NCBI GenBank assembly: GCA_963815495.1
Contig: CAWFGW010000025.1
Coordinates: 7,013-71,012 of the forward strand
DNA: 64,000 nt
Source: an uncultured Cytophagales bacterium
GTDB lineage: Bacteria > Bacteroidota > Bacteroidia > Cytophagales > JAAEPT01
Direction: 5' to 3'
Shown: piece by piece, positions 59,631-64,000 of the stretch
How positions within the stretch are numbered: position 1 is the first letter of the stretch
Layout: each line of letters starts with the position of its first letter
The notes under the pieces: model-generated
What the model saw: only the letters and a program-made list of their open reading frames with translations
Told to the model about the DNA's origin: nothing
Databases searched by the model: none
Position numbers and translations under genes: made by a program

Positions 59631-60764
59631 CTATTTAGAAGTATTTATAAATTGCTGAGGAGTTTCTCCTGTATATTTTTTAAATGCCCTATAAAAAGAT
59701 GAACGACTATTGAACCCTGTATCATAAGCGACACCTTCAATTGTTTCATGGGGTAACATCTCAAGCAATCTGATTTTTGCAGCTTCGATTCTACGTGCAT
59801 TAATTAAATCAAAAAATGACTTTTTATAATAATAATTAATAGACTGTGACACTACATAGTCAAGTTCGCCTAACCGGTTGGATATAGTTTTCACAGATAA
59901 ATCTGACTCACAATAGATGTGTTCTTTATCTAGTAATATTGATAATGCCTCGTATACTGATTGATGTTTATCTGTCGGAACAAAAACTTTTTCCTCCGAA
60001 TCAGGTATTGATTCATTCCTATTTATTTCATCGTTTACTTCGTTCAATTTTTCGAAAGTTACAGCAGTAAATACTGCATTATGATGATAGCTAAAGTAGA
60101 GAAGAAAAAAGTATAATACATTCACTACAATTGGCATTAACAAGTAATCAACAAGATACAAAGGCAATAATATATATAGAACCACTAATAAGGTGTTGAA
60201 AAACCATAGAAAAAAAACAAACCGAACCAGAAAAAAAAACTTAACCCGATCCATGTTTGAAAAAGTAGCCTCTAACCTATGTTTATACTTTATTATTTTC
60301 CACGTGATCACTGAAAAGTATACCGATTGCCACACGTAGAAGAATACGGTATATAGAAAAAGATCCAGCGGATAGTCCTCTGTGGATAGGTTGGATATAT
60401 ATTCTGATTTCTCTGATTTGGATGAAAAATAAAACCGAATAGCCAAAGCAATGATATATAAGAGCAAAACTCCTGAACCTATAAACAATGTTTTATGTGC
60501 TCTAAATCCTTTTCCTAACAAAAGATTAAAATAATAATACACCATTACAGGAAAAAAAACGGCTATCATTTGCACGAAAAACAATGAAACAGGAATCCAT
60601 TTTTCAAACCCTGCTAGAATGAATATGGTATTGATTAAATATAAACCTGGAATTAAAAAAGCAACTGCTAAAATCTTATTAGGTAATGCATTTTCTTTTC
60701 TGAAAAAAAGTAAGATGAATATGATGAAAATATTAGTTAACACTAATATATTGACAATTAACAT
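59631..60764 (-). CDS. Membrane-anchored AraC-type HTH regulator (about 7 TM helices + C-terminal AraC DNA-binding domain)
   Basis: Polytopic N-terminal half. C-terminal IEGVAYDTGFNSRSSFYRAFKKYTGETPQQF. Confidence 0.75.
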   Translation of the reverse strand: MLIVNILVLTNIFIIFILLFFRKENALPNKILAVAFLIPGLYLINTIFILAGFEKWIPVSLFFVQMIAVFFPVMVYYYFNLLLGKGFRAHKTLFIGSGVLLLYIIALAIRFYFSSKSEKSEYISNLSTEDYPLDLFLYTVFFYVWQSVYFSVITWKIIKYKHRLEATFSNMDRVKFFFLVRFVFFLWFFNTLLVVLYILLPLYLVDYLLMPIVVNVLYFFLLYFSYHHNAVFTAVTFEKLNEVNDEINRNESIPDSEEKVFVPTDKHQSVYEALSILLDKEHIYCESDLSVKTISNRLGELDYVVSQSINYYYKKSFFDLINARRIEAAKIRLLEMLPHETIEGVAYDTGFNSRSSFYRAFKKYTGETPQQFINTSK

Positions 60765-60870
60765 TCTTAGATAGCGGGCTTTGAGAGGTTTTAACGAGGA
60801 ACAAAATTAAAAGTTATCGGATAAGAACTTATTCCTTTAAGAATAAAATAAAGGTTTCCCTAAATATACC

Positions 60871-60922
60871 TACCCTTAATAGGGTAAATCAATATACCCT
60901 TCAAAAGCTACCTTTTTACCCT
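60871..60922 (+). promoter_or_regulatory. Cluster of TACCCT motifs (palindrome TACCCTtaatAGGGTA plus two direct copies) upstream of the TonB-receptor promoter
   Basis: TACCCT occurs at 60871, inverted at 60881-86, at 60895 and at 60917. Spacings are 24 and 22 nt. The cluster lies 35-85 nt upstream of the -7 box. Confidence 0.4.
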
Positions 60923-60955
60923 GTTTAGGTGATTGTTCACCGTACCATGCTCTTC

Positions 60956-60963
60956 TACTTTTG
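60956..60963 (+). promoter_or_regulatory. TAnnTTTG -7 box for the TonB-dependent receptor gene
   Basis: The sequence tacttttg lies 25 nt upstream of ATG 60988. Confidence 0.5.
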
Positions 60964-60987
60964 CAGTGTTTAAAACATTTCTGAAGA

Positions 60988-63348
60988 ATGGTAGTGGAAA
61001 AAATACTTCAAAAAGTATTCGTGGCGTTTTTATTAGTAGTAAGCACAGTGTCAAATGCGCAATCTATTTTAGGTATCGTGAAAGATAATTCCGGGGAACC
61101 AATTCCCTTTGCTCTAGTCACACTGGATAGTACTCAAAAAACTACTACAACTGTTACTGGAGAGTTTGAATTCAATAAAGTACCTCCAGGCAAACATAAA
61201 GTAAAAGTTCAGTCCATGGGGCTTGTGACTCAAACGCAAGAAGTAACTGTTACCACTGTTCCGACCAACCTTACTTTCTCACTGAAAGAAAATATTAATG
61301 AGCTGGAAACGGTCATAATTAATGTTCAAACAGCAGCTGAAAAAGTAACTGAACAGAGCTATACTGTAACTGTAATAGACACAAAAGAAATTGCTAATCA
61401 GTCATCGGATATTAACAAAGTATTAAGCACTTCTCCAGGTGTACGCATACGTGAAGAAGGTGGCGTAGGCTCAAGATTTGACTTCTCCCTGAATGGATTC
61501 AACGGCAACCAAGTTCGCTTTTTTTTAGATGGTATTCCGATGGAAAATTTTGGCTCATCGCTTACACTCAACAACATCCCCGTGAATGTTGCTGATCGAA
61601 TAGAGATTTATAAAGGGGTGGTACCTGTGTGGCTAGGTTCAGATGCCTTAGGGGGAGCTGTGAACATTGTGACAAACCAACACAAAAAAAACTACCTGGA
61701 TTTGTCTTACTCCTATGGTTCATTCAACACCCATCGCACTTCGCTTAACACAGCTTATACGAATAAAAAATCGGGCTTTAGTGTACGAACAAACCTCTTT
61801 CAAAATTATTCGGATAACAGTTATTGGGTTGAGGTAAACAAAAAAGAAGGCTCTAAGATATTATCAGAAAAAACAAGGGTAAGGCGATTTCATGATGACT
61901 ATGATTCCAAAACGGCTATTGTAGATGTGGGCTTTGTAGACAAAAAATTTGCCAATCAACTTTTGGTGGGTCTGGTGCTTTCAGGTAATGATAAAGCCAT
62001 ACAAACAGGAGCTACCATGGAAAAAGCATACGGACAGAGACGACAAAAGAGCACGACTTTGATGCCGACCTTAAAGTACAAAAAAACAGATCTTTTTGTA
62101 AAAGGATTATCCCTCAACACCTATGCTTCTTATAACTTAGGTTATACTCAAATCATAGACACAGCTTCTAGAACCTACTTTTGGGATGGCACTTATAATG
62201 AAAAAGCGGACCCTACGGATGGGGAATTAAATAAAACACTTTACAAGTACAACGATAACTTAGCTCTTGTCAATGCCAACCTCAGTTATGTATTATCCAA
62301 GAATCACTCGTTTGTGGTGAATTACTCACTCAATAGTTTCAATCGAAAAGGATTTGATGAAGCCAATCCGCTAAACATTTCCAATCGAGAACCTAAACGA
62401 CTCAATAAAACGGTGATTGGTCTCGGTTATAAGTTTGACTGGAAAGAAAAACTTTCAGCCAGCATTTTTGCAAAACAATACATTTTAACGGGCGCAACTT
62501 ATTTCACAGAAAATATTTATACCGACCGAACACGAAGAAAACGAAGTCTCAATAAAGATTATACAGGTATTGGTTCGGCTGTCTCATATCGGTTATTAAA
62601 AAACCTGCAATTAAAAGCTTCCTATGAACATACCTACCGCATGCCTGAGGGGAATGAATTATTTGGTGACGGGGCGAACTTAAGTGAAAACGCTCAACTG
62701 AACCCCGAAGAAAGTCATAATTATAACATCGGGGCAATTCATCAATTTACTATCAAAAAGAACCACGATATCACTACTGAAGCTTCTTATTTGTTTAGAA
62801 ATGCCAATAATTTCATAAGAGCTACGGTATCAGACCCAACGTCTAAATTTACTAACGAACCCGCTGTACAAGCTTCTGGAATAGAAGGTAGCATCAAATA
62901 CACCTATAAGACTTTATTTAAAATCTCTGCCAACGGTACATATCAGGTTTTAAAAAACATGGCTCAATACAATGAACAAGGGAAAGTTAATTACACTTAT
63001 CTCAATCAAGTACCCAACATCCCCTACCTGTTTGCTAACCTTAATACAAGCATTCATTTTCAAAATGTACAATATAAAGACGATCATTTAACCATTGGAT
63101 ACGCGGCAAATTTTGTAGAAGAATACTTTTTGAAGTGGGCAATTTATGGGAATGCTGATGAAAAACTCACTATCCCTCGTCAGTTATCTCACGACTTAAA
63201 TATTGGCTATTCATTGAAAAAAGGGACATACAACATCTCTCTTGAATGCAGAAATATTTTTGATGCACAGCTATTTGACAATTTCTTACTTCAAAAACCA
63301 GGACGAGCATTTTATGTAAAACTCCGCTATTTCTTCAGAAAATACTAA
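60988..63348 (+). CDS. TonB-dependent receptor (CarboxypepD_reg-like + plug + 22-strand barrel), likely siderophore or metal uptake
   Basis: CarbopepD_reg region (ILGIVKDNSGEPIPFALV), plug motifs (SPGVRIREEGG, FFLDGIP), and a C-terminal aromatic terminus ..KLRYFFRKY. Confidence 0.85.
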   Translation: MVVEKILQKVFVAFLLVVSTVSNAQSILGIVKDNSGEPIPFALVTLDSTQKTTTTVTGEFEFNKVPPGKHKVKVQSMGLVTQTQEVTVTTVPTNLTFSLKENINELETVIINVQTAAEKVTEQSYTVTVIDTKEIANQSSDINKVLSTSPGVRIREEGGVGSRFDFSLNGFNGNQVRFFLDGIPMENFGSSLTLNNIPVNVADRIEIYKGVVPVWLGSDALGGAVNIVTNQHKKNYLDLSYSYGSFNTHRTSLNTAYTNKKSGFSVRTNLFQNYSDNSYWVEVNKKEGSKILSEKTRVRRFHDDYDSKTAIVDVGFVDKKFANQLLVGLVLSGNDKAIQTGATMEKAYGQRRQKSTTLMPTLKYKKTDLFVKGLSLNTYASYNLGYTQIIDTASRTYFWDGTYNEKADPTDGELNKTLYKYNDNLALVNANLSYVLSKNHSFVVNYSLNSFNRKGFDEANPLNISNREPKRLNKTVIGLGYKFDWKEKLSASIFAKQYILTGATYFTENIYTDRTRRKRSLNKDYTGIGSAVSYRLLKNLQLKASYEHTYRMPEGNELFGDGANLSENAQLNPEESHNYNIGAIHQFTIKKNHDITTEASYLFRNANNFIRATVSDPTSKFTNEPAVQASGIEGSIKYTYKTLFKISANGTYQVLKNMAQYNEQGKVNYTYLNQVPNIPYLFANLNTSIHFQNVQYKDDHLTIGYAANFVEEYFLKWAIYGNADEKLTIPRQLSHDLNIGYSLKKGTYNISLECRNIFDAQLFDNFLLQKPGRAFYVKLRYFFRKY

Positions 63349-63372
63349 AACAACTTATATAAACTAAACACA

Positions 63373-64000
63373 ATGAAAAAACATCTAACTAAATGGATTT
63401 TAGGAGCATGTGCTGCTTCGATAATTATAACTACAAGCTCATGTAAAAAAGACAATGAGACAGTAAAAAAAGAACAAACAAAAGGTAATTATGTACTAGC
63501 TGTACAAGCTGAGGGAGATGCTGAAGTTTCAACCGATTATTTAGTAACAACGGATAACCTGACCGAAGGACAAGTCTCCATTATTGGAAATGGTATTGAA
63601 CAATCGGCATATCACTTTTATCAGCAAACGGGTAAATACTTAACGACTGTCACCTACACGGATGCAAACACCGCTACTGTTTACGCATTAAATGATAAAG
63701 GATCACTTGAAGAGAAAACAAAATTTTCCATCGGAAGAACCCACTTATTTTATCCTTTAAACGGTACTGAATTTATTGCAATGAACATTCCTCGAGGTGG
63801 ATCGGAAAACGCAACATTTTACCAAGTAAATGTGGTCGCAGGTAGTGTGATGGAAACAGCTACAAGTGTTTATACTCCTACAAACGGTTCAAGTGAACAG
63901 GCTTACTTTTCTGGTATGACCCTTAGAGGAGATAAATTATTTGTCCCTTTCTTCCAAATCGCTAGTAGTGCTTTTGATTCTGAATTTACTGATACGGCTT
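63373..64000 (+). CDS. DUF4374-like lipoprotein (partial; 3' end beyond the window)
   Basis: Not in the ORF track. ATG at 63373, lipobox IITTSSC. The sequence (GNYVLAV....STDYLVT.D.L..G.hS..GNG.E) and its position after a TBDR match my recollection of DUF4374. Confidence 0.55.
   Translation, partial: MKKHLTKWILGACAASIIITTSSCKKDNETVKKEQTKGNYVLAVQAEGDAEVSTDYLVTTDNLTEGQVSIIGNGIEQSAYHFYQQTGKYLTTVTYTDANTATVYALNDKGSLEEKTKFSIGRTHLFYPLNGTEFIAMNIPRGGSENATFYQVNVVAGSVMETATSVYTPTNGSSEQAYFSGMTLRGDKLFVPFFQIASSAFDSEFTDTA

Noticed and set aside
1-64000. Known defence or mobile systems (CRISPR-Cas, restriction-modification, toxin-antitoxin, CBASS/retron-like, prophage, integrase, conjugation genes, tRNA/rRNA genes)
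   Set aside because: I found no ORF with the corresponding signature motifs, and no tRNA-like or rRNA sequence in the intergenic regions I read. The only mobile-type content is the RAYT/REP island.

Overview
This is a low-GC Bacteroidota-type chromosome segment. The assignment rests on T9SS components and cargo, TAnnTTTG -7 promoter boxes, and CarboxypepD_reg-type TonB-dependent receptors. About 90% of the window is ordinary housekeeping and envelope genes: a thioester alpha-2-macroglobulin, acpH, a PAS-HK/REC-CRP pair, recQ, dcd, proC, hemL, guaA, fsa, ftsE, etfBA, pbpC, hslU, porQ, lon, pgk, two TonB receptor clusters, and an SRP RNA that the ORF track cannot show. The unusual part is a roughly 6.6-kb accessory island (about 6479-13143) between the A2M gene and acpH. 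It consists of two directly abutting composite units. Each unit has a REP-flanked RAYT (IS200-like HUH/Y1 transposase) module, a variable single-gene slot, and a 1.65-kb module that encodes a Cys-rich T9SS-secreted protein flanked by ~88-nt multi-hairpin repeats. The RAYT modules are 708/710 nt identical and the 1.65-kb modules differ at only a few clustered sites. The two variable slots are unrelated: a 106-aa protein in one and a 364-aa protein in the other. By eye, the N-terminal ~225 residues of the 364-aa protein carry the proteasome-beta/HslV Ntn-hydrolase signature (Thr1, Asp17, Lys, GxG and GG motifs), followed by an unknown C-terminal domain. The same window carries an hslU with an intact HslV-docking tail but no adjacent hslV. 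All homology calls come from reading the translations and recalling motifs. No searches were run.
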